DNA from: a virus
DNA length: 41,332 bases
Reading direction: 5' to 3' (one strand)
Virus record (IMG/VR): IMGVR_UViG_3300027907_000008
Under the pieces are notes generated by a model. The model had not been told where the DNA came from. It made no database searches and worked only from the letters and a program-made list of their open reading frames with translations. Below are positions 6,944 through 14,992 of the stretch, in pieces. How positions within the stretch are numbered: position 1 is the first letter of the stretch; every line of letters begins with the position of its first letter. Both the position numbers and the translations under genes were made by a program.

Positions 6944-7365
6944 CGACGACCACGTTGACCGAATGCAGCGAGATGGTGAGCGCGCTCGCGCTGACGCTCG
7001 GCGTCGAGCTCGACGAGCCGCAGCTGCGTGCGTATCATCGCGCGCTGTCGAAGGTGCCCGCGTCGCTGCTGCGTCGTGCGATCGATCGTGCGACGTCAGC
7101 CTGCGATCGTTTCCCGAAGCCCGCCGAGCTCCTGCGACTCGCCGACGTCGAGCGACGTGCGCTGCTCGACGCGCACCCCTTCGTCGCGTGCGTCGACTGC
7201 ACGCTCAGTCCCGGCTGGCGCCCGGTGCTGATCAACGGCGTCGAACGACTCGCGCGCTGCGCCTGTTATCGCGCGTGGCAGCAGTCGCTCGATCGCCTCG
7301 GCGTGACGCAGACGCCGCTGGCGATCGCCGAACGCGTCGAGAGTGACATCGAGCGCGTGTCATGA
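6940..7365 (+). CDS. Hypothetical replication-associated protein (141 aa); weak resemblance to G39P-type helicase-loader N-domains
   Basis: RBS aaaggaaaatccATG and ATGA coupling to the initiator gene. The pattern ...LRAYHRALSKVPASLLRRAIDRATSACDRFPKPAELL resembles loader proteins (unverified). A Cys cluster lies in the C-terminal half. Confidence 0.55.
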   Translation: MTTTTLTECSEMVSALALTLGVELDEPQLRAYHRALSKVPASLLRRAIDRATSACDRFPKPAELLRLADVERRALLDAHPFVACVDCTLSPGWRPVLINGVERLARCACYRAWQQSLDRLGVTQTPLAIAERVESDIERVS

Positions 7366-7583
7366 CAGCGGACTGGTTCACGGCGCACTGGCACGAGCGC
7401 TGCGGCAGCTGCAACGCGCTCATTCCGGACGGCGCACCCGTGCGTCGGCTGCGGCACGGCGGGCTGCGCTGCGCGTCGTGCATCAAGCGGCTGCTCGGCG
7501 AGGACGTGCCGTCGCATCTCGCGTCGCCGCCCCCGGCGACACCCGCATCGTTCTCTCCATTCGACGACGGAGGCCACGAATGA
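7362..7583 (+). CDS. Hypothetical zinc-ribbon-like protein (73 aa)
   Basis: ATGA coupling; CGSC..x17..CASC. Confidence 0.6.
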   Translation: MTADWFTAHWHERCGSCNALIPDGAPVRRLRHGGLRCASCIKRLLGEDVPSHLASPPPATPASFSPFDDGGHE

Positions 7584-7810
7584 CTGACTCGGCCGACACA
7601 GTGGCTGCTGACTTTCTGACACTCATCGAGCGACTTGCGCGTGAGCTCGACGAACACGAGCGCGCCGCGCGTGAGATTCGAGAGACGCTCGCGACCGTGC
7701 GCAAGCGACTCGCCGCAACGCCGGGAGCGCGAGCGGGCAAGCACGCGCGCAGCGGCAAGCGACGCAAGCCGTTGACGCTGATCGACGACGAGCGCGCCGT
7801 CAGCAGCTGA
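7580..7810 (+). CDS. Hypothetical protein (76 aa)
   Basis: ATGA coupling; helical, FLTLIERLARELDEHERAAREIRETLATVRKRL. Confidence 0.6.
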   Translation: MTDSADTVAADFLTLIERLARELDEHERAAREIRETLATVRKRLAATPGARAGKHARSGKRRKPLTLIDDERAVSS

Positions 7811-7817
7811 GGGCGAC

Positions 7818-8093
7818 ATGGACGACGCAGCCATCGTCGAGCCGGTCCCGCATGACGCCGTCGACGCGCTCGTGCAGCGCTTCGTGCGCATCGCGTGTGA
7901 CGAGCACGTCACGCTGGGCGTGTTTCGCGCGGCGCTCTTCGGCCTCGCCGCGAGTGAGTTGCATCGACTGGTGCACGACCCGCAGCGCGGCGAGGTGCCC
8001 GCCGAAGTCGTCGCGCTAGAAGAGCAGCTGAGTATCTTCGCGACGACGGTCACCGCGCTCGTGCTCGAACGACAGCAGCAGCGCCCGTCATGA
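7818..8093 (+). CDS. Hypothetical protein (91 aa)
   Basis: ATG ORF with plausible composition, coupled to the next gene. Confidence 0.65.
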   Translation: MDDAAIVEPVPHDAVDALVQRFVRIACDEHVTLGVFRAALFGLAASELHRLVHDPQRGEVPAEVVALEEQLSIFATTVTALVLERQQQRPS

Positions 8094-8857
8094 CGTCGTC
8101 GCGTGCGGTGCATCTCGTGCCCGTGGAGGTCGATGAGTACGATCGCGTCGTTCCGGCCTCGCCGCTCTGTCCGCTGTCGGCGATACAAGACGGCGTCAAC
8201 TACGGCTCATCGTGCAGTGCGGACGGCAGCGGCTGCATGGGATTCGCTGGCGTGTGGACTTCGCCCGCAGACGCGCACTACACGATGTGCCGTATGCCGG
8301 GACAGCCGACAGCCGCAGAACACTTCGCGCACGCGCTCGCCGTGCTGAGCGATCTGGCGTTCCTCTATCGCGACGAGCCGCGCGTGATCGGCTTTCGCGT
8401 GTTCGGCAATGTCGACGACTTCGAGGCTGCGTGGAACGCAGACGCGCGTGCGCCACTCAGGTGGCGGTCTGGCGAGTGGCGACTGTATGCGGGTCGCGAT
8501 GGCTTCGAGCCCGTCTTCAGAAAGGACGACGTTATGCGAGAACCGATCGTGAAGTTTTACAAGTCATTCGAGCAAGGCGGCAACGGGGCATTCGCGACGG
8601 CGACCACGGCGGCAGAGCCCGAGGAATTTCTGCGCGAGTGTGCCGCTGAATTGGAAACAGTCGTGACCGCGCGCGCTGGCGATCTGCACTTCACCTTTGA
8701 TGCGTTGCTGCCGCAGATCTGCGAGCTCTGGGCACGACTCAAAGGCTATAAGGCGGATGGTGTCTTCGAGAAGCGATACCTCGTCGCAGGAGAACCCAAT
8801 CCCGAAGCGCACATGGAATGCGTGAACGGACGCGAGGTGACGACGAGCGCGTCATGA
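8090..8857 (+). CDS. Hypothetical protein (255 aa)
   Basis: ATGA coupling; long and compositionally normal. No family recognised. Confidence 0.75.
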   Translation: MTSSRAVHLVPVEVDEYDRVVPASPLCPLSAIQDGVNYGSSCSADGSGCMGFAGVWTSPADAHYTMCRMPGQPTAAEHFAHALAVLSDLAFLYRDEPRVIGFRVFGNVDDFEAAWNADARAPLRWRSGEWRLYAGRDGFEPVFRKDDVMREPIVKFYKSFEQGGNGAFATATTAAEPEEFLRECAAELETVVTARAGDLHFTFDALLPQICELWARLKGYKADGVFEKRYLVAGEPNPEAHMECVNGREVTTSAS

Positions 8858-9105
8858 TGACGATCGACGTCATTCGACAACAGCCACCGGAGCTCGCGAC
8901 GTGTCGCAGCACGACGTGTCGCAAGCGCATCGAGTGGGTGACGACGCTGGCGGGCAAGCGCATGCCCGTCGATCATCCGTTGCTCGTCGAGCGCGTGCAT
9001 GAGCGCAACGACGGCACGCTCGTGAGCGTCATCGACGCAGCGCACTCTCACTTCGTGACATGCCCAGACGCACGTCGCTTCAGACAGAAACGAGGGCGAC
9101 AGTGA
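8854..9105 (+). CDS. Hypothetical protein (83 aa), Cys/His-containing
   Basis: ATGA coupling; CRSTTCRKRIEW...HSHFVTCP. Confidence 0.65.
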   Translation: MMTIDVIRQQPPELATCRSTTCRKRIEWVTTLAGKRMPVDHPLLVERVHERNDGTLVSVIDAAHSHFVTCPDARRFRQKRGRQ

Positions 9106-9308
9106 GTCTGCGACTCGTGCGACGCGCGCTGCACTGGAAGTCGATCGACGAGCTCAATCGCGAGCTCGACGAACGCATCGCGCTCGACGACGCATGGCGC
9201 GAGCTTGAGCGAAAGCAGCGCGCGCTCGATGCTGAGCGCACGCTCGATCTAATCACTGGTCCGTCGTTCTACTTCGGACCCGAACGTCCGCACGAAGACG
9301 AGTCATAA
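9102..9308 (+). CDS. Hypothetical protein (68 aa)
   Basis: GTGA coupling; helical, IDELNRELDERIALDDAWRELERKQRALDAERTL. Confidence 0.55.
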   Translation: MSLRLVRRALHWKSIDELNRELDERIALDDAWRELERKQRALDAERTLDLITGPSFYFGPERPHEDES

Positions 9309-9509
9309 GTGATGGTGTCGTATGTGACAGCCCTCGCACAGCGCGATCAGGTCGTCAGGATCTTCGTGACCCCATCGCGCATACGTGCGGTGATGCGCTT
9401 CAAGCGGTGGCGCGCCGTTGCACAGGGCGCAGCGCCATCCCGCGCGCGCTTTTGCGGCTGTGGCTTTCACGCGCCACTGCGGTGAATTGAGATACATGGG
9501 ATCGAGCAT
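9303..9509 (-). CDS. Small HNH endonuclease-like protein (68 aa)
   Basis: YLNSPQWRVKATAAKARAGWRCALCNG...LEAHHRTYARWGHEDPDDLIALCEGCHIRHH is the classic short phage HNH layout. Confidence 0.75.
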   Translation of the reverse strand: MLDPMYLNSPQWRVKATAAKARAGWRCALCNGAPPLEAHHRTYARWGHEDPDDLIALCEGCHIRHHHL

Positions 9510-9807
9510 GACGTTGCTCCGCTTGCTCTGTGCGGCTGTAGCCGACGCGTTTCGGATCGTCGCATGTCGTCGTCGTCGACGTGCCAGCGTCTTGCATCTG
9601 GGCGAAGTACTCGGACTCGTTGACTGGGGTCGTCACGCGATAGTCCCAGTTTTCCGCGACGCGTTGCTGGGCGGTGCGCGCCATCGTCTTGCGCATCAAC
9701 TCGCGCATGCAATCCTGCACCGAGCAGCGACAGCGCTTGGCGAAGTCGAGATATTCGATGCGTTCCTCTTGCGACACGCGGACGCAGAATGCAGGGATTC
9801 GCGACAT
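9400..9807 (-). CDS. Ribbon-helix-helix (CopG/Arc-like) protein; the ORF runs 110 nt into the HNH gene
   Basis: SRIPAFCVRVSQEERIEYLDFAKRCRCSVQDCMRELMRKTM fits a beta-strand plus two helices RHH. The start was taken at ATG 9807. The C-terminal end is uncertain because of the overlap with 9303-9509. Confidence 0.55.
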   Translation of the reverse strand: MSRIPAFCVRVSQEERIEYLDFAKRCRCSVQDCMRELMRKTMARTAQQRVAENWDYRVTTPVNESEYFAQMQDAGTSTTTTCDDPKRVGYSRTEQAEQRHARSHVSQFTAVARESHSRKSARGMALRPVQRRATA

Positions 9808-9816
9808 GGGTCGAGA

Positions 9817-9825
9817 GTGATACCA
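9817..9825 (-). promoter_or_regulatory. Extended -10 element TGgTATCAC, 9 nt upstream of the RHH start
   Basis: The reverse complement of gtgatacca. Same GTGGTATMC core as at 2591-2600. Confidence 0.3.
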
Positions 9826-9860
9826 CGAATCGTGCAACATCTCGTCAACGGATATCCACG

Positions 9861-10199
9861 ATGAGCACGAGCGACGGCGTGCGCTTCGATCGACTGTGCG
9901 TCGCAGTCGGTCTGCCTGCGCCCGTCGCGGAGTATCGCTTCGCGCTCACGCTCGGCCGACAGTGGCGCTTCGATTGGTGCTGGCCCGCGCAGCGACTGGC
10001 GCTCGAAATCGACGGCGGCGGCTACGTGCGCGGGCGTCATCATCGGCACGACGGCTTCATCGAAGACTGCAACAAGCTCAACACGGCGCTGTGTCTCGGC
10101 TGGCGCGTGCTGCGCATCACGCCCGAACACGTCAAGGACGGCAGCGCGTTCACGTTCGTCAAGCGCGCGCTATCGGAAGCGGGGAACGGTGGACTGTAG
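9861..10199 (+). CDS. Vsr/DUF559-like (restriction-endonuclease fold) protein (112 aa)
   Basis: GLPAPVAEYRFALTLGRQWRFDWCWPAQRLALEIDGGGY..H..GFIEDCNKLNTALCLGWRVLRIT matches the DUF559/Vsr-like endonuclease pattern. Confidence 0.75.
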   Translation: MSTSDGVRFDRLCVAVGLPAPVAEYRFALTLGRQWRFDWCWPAQRLALEIDGGGYVRGRHHRHDGFIEDCNKLNTALCLGWRVLRITPEHVKDGSAFTFVKRALSEAGNGGL

Positions 10200-10695
10200 G
10201 ACCCCCAACGGTCGACGCGCGATCGCGCAGCAGCGCGCCGTCGCGCGACTCATCGCGCAGCGCTGGCAGGGCACGCTGGTCGAGACGCCGAACGGCGCCG
10301 CGAGCGTCGACGTGCTCTTCGCGCGTGAGGGCGAGCTCGTCTCGATCGGCGAGATTAAGATCCGCTCGATGGCGTGGCGCGATCTGGTCGCGCTCGGGTC
10401 GTATCTCGTGACCTACGACAAGCTGCAACGCGGACGCGAGCTCGCGCGACTGCTCGGCGTGCCCTTCGATCTGTTCGTGCGCTTCGCCGACGACGTGCTC
10501 GGCTGGTGGCGCATCGCGCACGCGACGGGCGAGTGGGCGTGTCGCTTCGTCGTGCGCGAGACGGAGACGGCGGCGACGTGCAACGGCGGACGCGTGACAC
10601 GCGCCAACGCGTATCTCGACGTCCGCGACGCGCAGCTGCTGCGCGCGGCTATGCTACGCACGCCCGCGCATGGTCGACGACGATCCGCTGACTGA
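10189..10695 (+). CDS. Hypothetical protein (168 aa) with a PD-(D/E)XK-like D..E-x-K motif
   Basis: GTG start overlaps the upstream stop by 11 nt. VDVLFAREGELVSIGEIKIRS is a possible nuclease motif (weak). Confidence 0.6.
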   Translation: MDCRTPNGRRAIAQQRAVARLIAQRWQGTLVETPNGAASVDVLFAREGELVSIGEIKIRSMAWRDLVALGSYLVTYDKLQRGRELARLLGVPFDLFVRFADDVLGWWRIAHATGEWACRFVVRETETAATCNGGRVTRANAYLDVRDAQLLRAAMLRTPAHGRRRSAD

Positions 10696-10924
10696 GATGG
10701 CGTATGTCTGGCGCTGCGCGATCGACGATGCCCGCGTCGCGTCGTGTGCGCGGGCGCGACAGCAGACGCTGCGTCGAGCGCGCGCGTGCGTCGAAGCGGC
10801 GATCGCGTTGCTGCGGGAGCGCACGACGAAGACGCTGCGTCCCGTCGACGTCGTGCTGCTGCTCGCGCAGCGCTCGTATGTGCAGCCCTACGTGCGATCC
10901 GCACGCCGGAGGTCGGTTCGATGA
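10670..10924 (+). CDS. Hypothetical protein (84 aa; alternative start ATG 10697)
   Basis: In-frame ATGs at 10670 and 10697; helical, Arg/Ala-rich. Confidence 0.5.
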   Translation: MVDDDPLTEMAYVWRCAIDDARVASCARARQQTLRRARACVEAAIALLRERTTKTLRPVDVVLLLAQRSYVQPYVRSARRRSVR

Positions 10925-11133
10925 GTGACGCCCGCTGCGACGCGTGTCGGTTCTTCCGCGAGGCGTCGACGACGACGCTGGAGCAGCTGCCCTTCCGCGA
11001 CGATGCGGCCGCGATGGGCGAGTGTCATCGACGGGCGCCGACACTGAATCAGCACCCCGACCGTCCCGACTACCGCTGGCCCGTGACGAAAGTCGACGAC
11101 TGGTGCGGCGACTTCCAGCCGCACGACGGCTGA
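10921..11133 (+). CDS. Hypothetical Cys-containing protein (70 aa)
   Basis: ATGA coupling; CDACRFF...GECHRRAP...WCGDF. Confidence 0.6.
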   Translation: MSDARCDACRFFREASTTTLEQLPFRDDAAAMGECHRRAPTLNQHPDRPDYRWPVTKVDDWCGDFQPHDG

Positions 11134-11178
11134 GCTCGTGTGGCACGTGAAACGTGAACACGTGCGCGCGACGAGCTC
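11132..11178 (+). terminator. Composite hairpin overlapping the stop codon: gagctcgt..cacgtg-aaacgtgaa-cacgtg..acgagctc
   Basis: An 8-bp outer stem (11132-11139 / 11171-11178) and a 6-bp inner stem formed by two CACGTG palindromes. Confidence 0.4.
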
Positions 11179-11486
11179 GACCATACAGACGGCCCTAGAA
11201 ACGACGCGCGCAGACGACGGGCTGAGACGCACAGTCGACGTCGCGCGTCGCGCAGCGGGCCGCTGAGCGCGTCTACAGCGGCATCTGACGGCAGGACGTC
11301 ACGACACGCGCAGACAGAAGCTCAGCCGTCAATACTGCACAGCTTCGCACAACCGGGGCGCAGCGGCGCGTAGACGCGTCGTGTGCGTCGACGCACGAGA
11401 GGTCGCAGGAGGTCGCGATCGCCGCGCAGACGCCCGCTGTGCGCGTTTGCGGGGCGTTCTGAGCGGCTGCGCCGACTGCAGCGCTG

Positions 11487-11744
11487 TCAGCGGGACGTGT
11501 CGACGTCGAGCTCAGCCAGTCGCACGCGCACGCGCGGCGGCTGCGACGTCACGACATACACGCGTCGCGCGTCGCCCAGCGTCGACACGTCGACGGGGTC
11601 GAAGACGATGTCGAGCGCGGCGACGGTCAACTGCGTCTCGGCCTCGAAGCGCGCGACGCTCCCGCGCACGCTGGCGGCGACGTCACGCGTGAGCAGCTGC
11701 AGCGCAGCGCGCAGCGTGTCGGCGGGACTCTGGGTCGTGGACAT
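11487..11744 (-). CDS. Hypothetical protein (85 aa), the only minus-strand gene in this part of the genome
   Basis: ATG ORF with normal composition (ADTLRAALQLLTRDVAASVRGSVARFEAETQLTVAALDIVFDP). It is flanked by non-coding DNA on both sides. Confidence 0.55.
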   Translation of the reverse strand: MSTTQSPADTLRAALQLLTRDVAASVRGSVARFEAETQLTVAALDIVFDPVDVSTLGDARRVYVVTSQPPRVRVRLAELDVDTSR

Positions 11745-11790
11745 GCGCGCAGGCTAGCAGATTTAATCGCGAACACAATCACGCGCGGCG

Positions 11791-11799
11791 TGCGATACT
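11791..11799 (+). promoter_or_regulatory. Extended -10 element TGcGATACT upstream of the late-region genes
   Basis: gTGCGATACT lies 25 nt upstream of ATG 11825, with RBS gaaagga between. It is nearly identical to gTGCGATAAT at 39168-39177. Confidence 0.4.
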
Positions 11800-11824
11800 G
11801 CGGGCCGCAACGAAAGGACACCCC

Positions 11825-12028
11825 ATGCCCATGTATTGCGGTGAAGCCGTCAGCGACGACTATCTGCAATCGCTCGTCGAGGCGTATCGCGACGGCTGGA
11901 AGACGGTCGACGACAACGTCGAGGACGGCGACGCACCGATCATCGCGCGACTCGAAAGCGAACAGGTCAAGCACGACGTCGGCGCGAAGGCGCTCGGCGT
12001 GAAGGACGCGACCGCAGGCGGGGCGTGA
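11825..12028 (+). CDS. Hypothetical acidic protein (67 aa)
   Basis: RBS gaaaggacaccccATG. Confidence 0.65.
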   Translation: MPMYCGEAVSDDYLQSLVEAYRDGWKTVDDNVEDGDAPIIARLESEQVKHDVGAKALGVKDATAGGA

Positions 12029-12420
12029 GTCAGCGCGCACGTCGCATCTGCGTCGATAACCCGCGCTGTCCGCATGTCGCCGTCGAAGGCAGCCGCTACT
12101 GCGCGCAGCATCTGCAGCAGCGTCTGCGCACGCAGCAGCCGACGGCGCATGCGCGCGGCTACGACGGGCAGTGGGCGCTGTTCTCGCGTCGCTGGCTCGC
12201 GCTGCATCGCTGGTGCGGCGAGCGCGACGACTTCCGCCAGCACGCCGAGCACAGTCGCTGCACGCAGCAGGGCGAGCGCACCCGCGCACAACTCACGGAC
12301 CACATACAGGCGCTGCGTGCGGGCGGCAACAAGTACGACACGCGCAATCTGCAGTCACTCTGTCGTGCGTGTCACAACCGCAAGATCATCGCCCACGAAG
12401 GCGGCTGGGTCACTGTCTGA
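12025..12420 (+). CDS. HNH endonuclease (131 aa), the terminase-associated type of HK97-like cos phages
   Basis: GYDGQWALFSRRWLALHRWCGE...AQLTDHIQALRAGGNKYDTRNLQSLCRACHNRK is a canonical HNH motif. Confidence 0.85.
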   Translation: MSQRARRICVDNPRCPHVAVEGSRYCAQHLQQRLRTQQPTAHARGYDGQWALFSRRWLALHRWCGERDDFRQHAEHSRCTQQGERTRAQLTDHIQALRAGGNKYDTRNLQSLCRACHNRKIIAHEGGWVTV

Positions 12421-12435
12421 CGAAAGGACGCTCAC

Positions 12436-12582
12436 ATGGCGCTGCTGTCACTTTCGGCGTTGCTGCTGCTCGGCGCGTTCGTCGTCACCATCGCCGCCGC
12501 GCTCGGACGGGCGCCCCTCTGGGTCGCGGTGCTGCTCGTCGTCCTCGTGCAGATGCTCGGACTCGGCTGGGCGATTCGGTGA
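12436..12582 (+). CDS. Small two-helix membrane protein (48 aa; below the ORF-track cutoff)
   Basis: RBS gaaaggacgctcacATG. MALLSLSALLLLGAFVVTIAAALGRAPLWVAVLLVVLVQMLGLGWAIR forms two hydrophobic spans. Confidence 0.5.
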   Translation: MALLSLSALLLLGAFVVTIAAALGRAPLWVAVLLVVLVQMLGLGWAIR

Positions 12583-12758
12583 CACGACACACGCTGCTGC
12601 TGCTCGTGCTCGTCACGACGAGCGCCTGCGCGCTGCCGCTGCGTCGCACGTGTCTCGACGGCTGGCCGATTCGCATCCTGCAGGACCCGCAGTGCGCGCG
12701 CGGCATCTGCGGCTACACGTGCGCGCCAGACCGCTGGCGCACTGACGCGTCACGCTAA
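12579..12758 (+). CDS. Small putative lipoprotein (59 aa), Cys-rich mature part
   Basis: GTGA coupling to the membrane peptide. The signal sequence LLLLVLVTTSAC ends in a lipobox-like T-S-A-C. Confidence 0.5.
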   Translation: MTRHTLLLLVLVTTSACALPLRRTCLDGWPIRILQDPQCARGICGYTCAPDRWRTDASR

Positions 12759-12769
12759 ACGGAGGCTTC

Positions 12770-13189
12770 ATGTCCACGACCTACATGCGCTCGGACCTTT
12801 ACGTGTGGGACGTCGCGCTCGCCAACGGCGACATCCGCAAGCTGCTCGCAGCGCAGTCGCCCAGCGGCTTTACCTCGCCCGTGACCTCAGCGGTCCGGGG
12901 GGTGGCGTACGCAAACGGACCACCACCGGCCCCGTCGACACTCGTGCCCGCAACCGCCAAGCTCGGCGACGCGTCCTTCACGCTGCACGTGCAAGGCGTG
13001 AGCTTCCGGGTCGGCGACGTCATCACGTGGAACGGTGTCGCCCAGCCGACGACGCTCGTGTCAGCCACAGAGCTCACGACGTCGGTCGACATGACGAAGC
13101 AGACCACGGCGCTGCCCATCCCGGTGACCGTGCGTGCGCTCAGCGGCGCAGCCAGTGACCCGTTGACGTTCGACCTCCGGCTGACATGA
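12770..13189 (+). CDS. Hypothetical protein with an IPT/TIG-like Ig-fold C-terminal domain (139 aa)
   Basis: The pattern LVPATAKLGDASFTLHVQGVSFRVGDVITWNGVAQPTTLVSATELTTSV...PIPVTVRA is typical of IPT/Ig-like domains. Confidence 0.65.
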   Translation: MSTTYMRSDLYVWDVALANGDIRKLLAAQSPSGFTSPVTSAVRGVAYANGPPPAPSTLVPATAKLGDASFTLHVQGVSFRVGDVITWNGVAQPTTLVSATELTTSVDMTKQTTALPIPVTVRALSGAASDPLTFDLRLT

Positions 13190-13439
13190 GTCACACGCAG
13201 ACACGCGCGACACGGGAGCTCGACGCACACGCGCGGACTCGACGATGGCGAACGTCACTTCTGCACAGCAAATCCGACGAGGCCGCGCCGCCACCGTATG
13301 GCACTCAAATTTCTAGGGAATCTGACCGCGTCTTACTGCTTGGCCCCTCGATTCAGGCGGTCGCACGTTGTCGGTTGGGGGTAGACGGGGCGAAACCACC
13401 GGGAAACCCCACGAAATCGCCGGTACGCAGGATAACGTA

Positions 13440-14012
13440 ATGCCCACGCACATACGCGAGCTCACGAGTGACCCGCAGAACCGACGCACGCACAATCCAC
13501 GCAACCTCGGCATGCTGAGCGACGCGCTGCGCGCGGTCGGTGCTGCGCGCAGCATCGTCATCGACGAGCACGACGTCGTGCTGGCGGGCAACGGCGTCGT
13601 TGAAGCGGCAGCCGAAGCGGGCATCGTGCGCGTGCAGACCATCGACGTCGACGGTGAGACGATCGTGGCTGTGCGTCGCACGGGACTCAGCGACGAGCAG
13701 AAGCGACAACTGGCGATGTATGACAACCGCACGAGTGAGCTCGCCGCGTGGAACGTCGAGCAGCTGAAGCTCGACACCGCAGCGGGACTCGACCTGCAGC
13801 CGTTTTTTACCGATGCCGAGCGCGTCAAGCTGTTCGGCGCTGCACTCGACGCGCCGTCTGCGTTCCCGGTCGTCGACGCGAACCTGCAGACGACGTATCG
13901 CTGCCCGTCGTGCGGCTACGAATGGAGCGGACGCGCGAAGACGCACGCAGCGCCCGAAGACGACGACGCAGCGATCGCGAGTGATGACGCGCCGTCTGAG
14001 CCGAGCGTATGA
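13440..14012 (+). CDS. ParB N-terminal (ParB/Srx nuclease-like) domain protein with a C-terminal CxxC ribbon (190 aa)
   Basis: IRELTSDPQNRRTHNPRNLGMLSDALRAVGAARSIVIDEHDVVLAGNGVVEAAAEAG is the ParB-N signature. YRCPSCGYEW lies near the C-terminus. Confidence 0.8.
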   Translation: MPTHIRELTSDPQNRRTHNPRNLGMLSDALRAVGAARSIVIDEHDVVLAGNGVVEAAAEAGIVRVQTIDVDGETIVAVRRTGLSDEQKRQLAMYDNRTSELAAWNVEQLKLDTAAGLDLQPFFTDAERVKLFGAALDAPSAFPVVDANLQTTYRCPSCGYEWSGRAKTHAAPEDDDAAIASDDAPSEPSV

Positions 14013-14992
14013 CGACGCCCGCGTATGTCGTGCCGACGCTTGCGGAGATACGCGGCTGGCCGCTCAGCGACTACTGCGTCGCGTCGCTGTTCTCGGGCTG
14101 TGGCGGCTCATCGCTCGGCTACCGCATGGCGGGCTTGCGCGTGCTGTATGCGAATGAATTCGTCGAGGCCGCGCGTGACACGTATCGCGCCAACTTCCCG
14201 CTGACGTATCTCGACCCGCGCGACGTGCGCAGCGTGAAGGGCGCCGACGTGCTCGACGTCTGCGGGCTCGAGGCGGGCGCGCTCGACGTGCTCGATGGCT
14301 CGCCGCCCTGCGCGTCGTTCTCCAGCGCGGGCAAGCTCGAACGTCACTGGCGCAGCGCGAAGAGCTACAGCGACACGCACCAGCGCACCGATGATCTGTT
14401 TTTCGAGTACCTGCGGCTCGTCGATGAGATCCGCCCGCGCGTCTGCGTCGCCGAGAACGTGTCGGGGCTCATCCGGGGCGTCGCCAAGGGACTGTGCAAG
14501 CAGATCCTTGCGCGCTTCGCGTCGCTCGACTATCACGTCGAGGCGCGGCTGCTCGACGCGCAATGGCTCGGCGTGCCGCAGCGTCGCTCACGCGTGATCT
14601 TCGTCGCCGTGCGTCGCGATCTGCACGTCGCGCCCGCACTGCCCGCGCCCGCCGCGACGCGCTTCGTCATTCGCGACGCGCTGCCGCAGCTGCTCGCGCT
14701 GCAGGACACCGTGTGGCATGCGCGCTGGATTCCCGCATCACAGCCCGCGCCAGCCATCACGACCGCACCGACGCACTGCATCGAGCTCGACAAAGGCTCG
14801 ACGCGTCGTGCGCTCACCATCCCTGAGCTCAAGCGACTGTGCAGCGTGCCCGATGACTTCGTGCTGACCGGCACGTATGCGCAGCAATGGGAGCGGCTCG
14901 GGCGCGCGGTGCCGCCCGCGATGATGCGCGCGATCGCGACGACGATCCGTGAGCGCGTGCTCGACGTCGCACGACTGGAGGCGAGCGCATGA
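14009..14992 (+). CDS. DNA (cytosine-5)-methyltransferase family protein (327 aa) with atypical motif X (G-R-A-V instead of G-N-A-V)
   Basis: Motif I is LFSGCGGSSLGY, IV GSPPCASFS, VI ENVSGL, VIII QRRSRVIFVAV, IX RALTIPELKRLCSVPDDF and X LGRAVPPAM. Confidence 0.9.
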   Translation: MTTPAYVVPTLAEIRGWPLSDYCVASLFSGCGGSSLGYRMAGLRVLYANEFVEAARDTYRANFPLTYLDPRDVRSVKGADVLDVCGLEAGALDVLDGSPPCASFSSAGKLERHWRSAKSYSDTHQRTDDLFFEYLRLVDEIRPRVCVAENVSGLIRGVAKGLCKQILARFASLDYHVEARLLDAQWLGVPQRRSRVIFVAVRRDLHVAPALPAPAATRFVIRDALPQLLALQDTVWHARWIPASQPAPAITTAPTHCIELDKGSTRRALTIPELKRLCSVPDDFVLTGTYAQQWERLGRAVPPAMMRAIATTIRERVLDVARLEASA

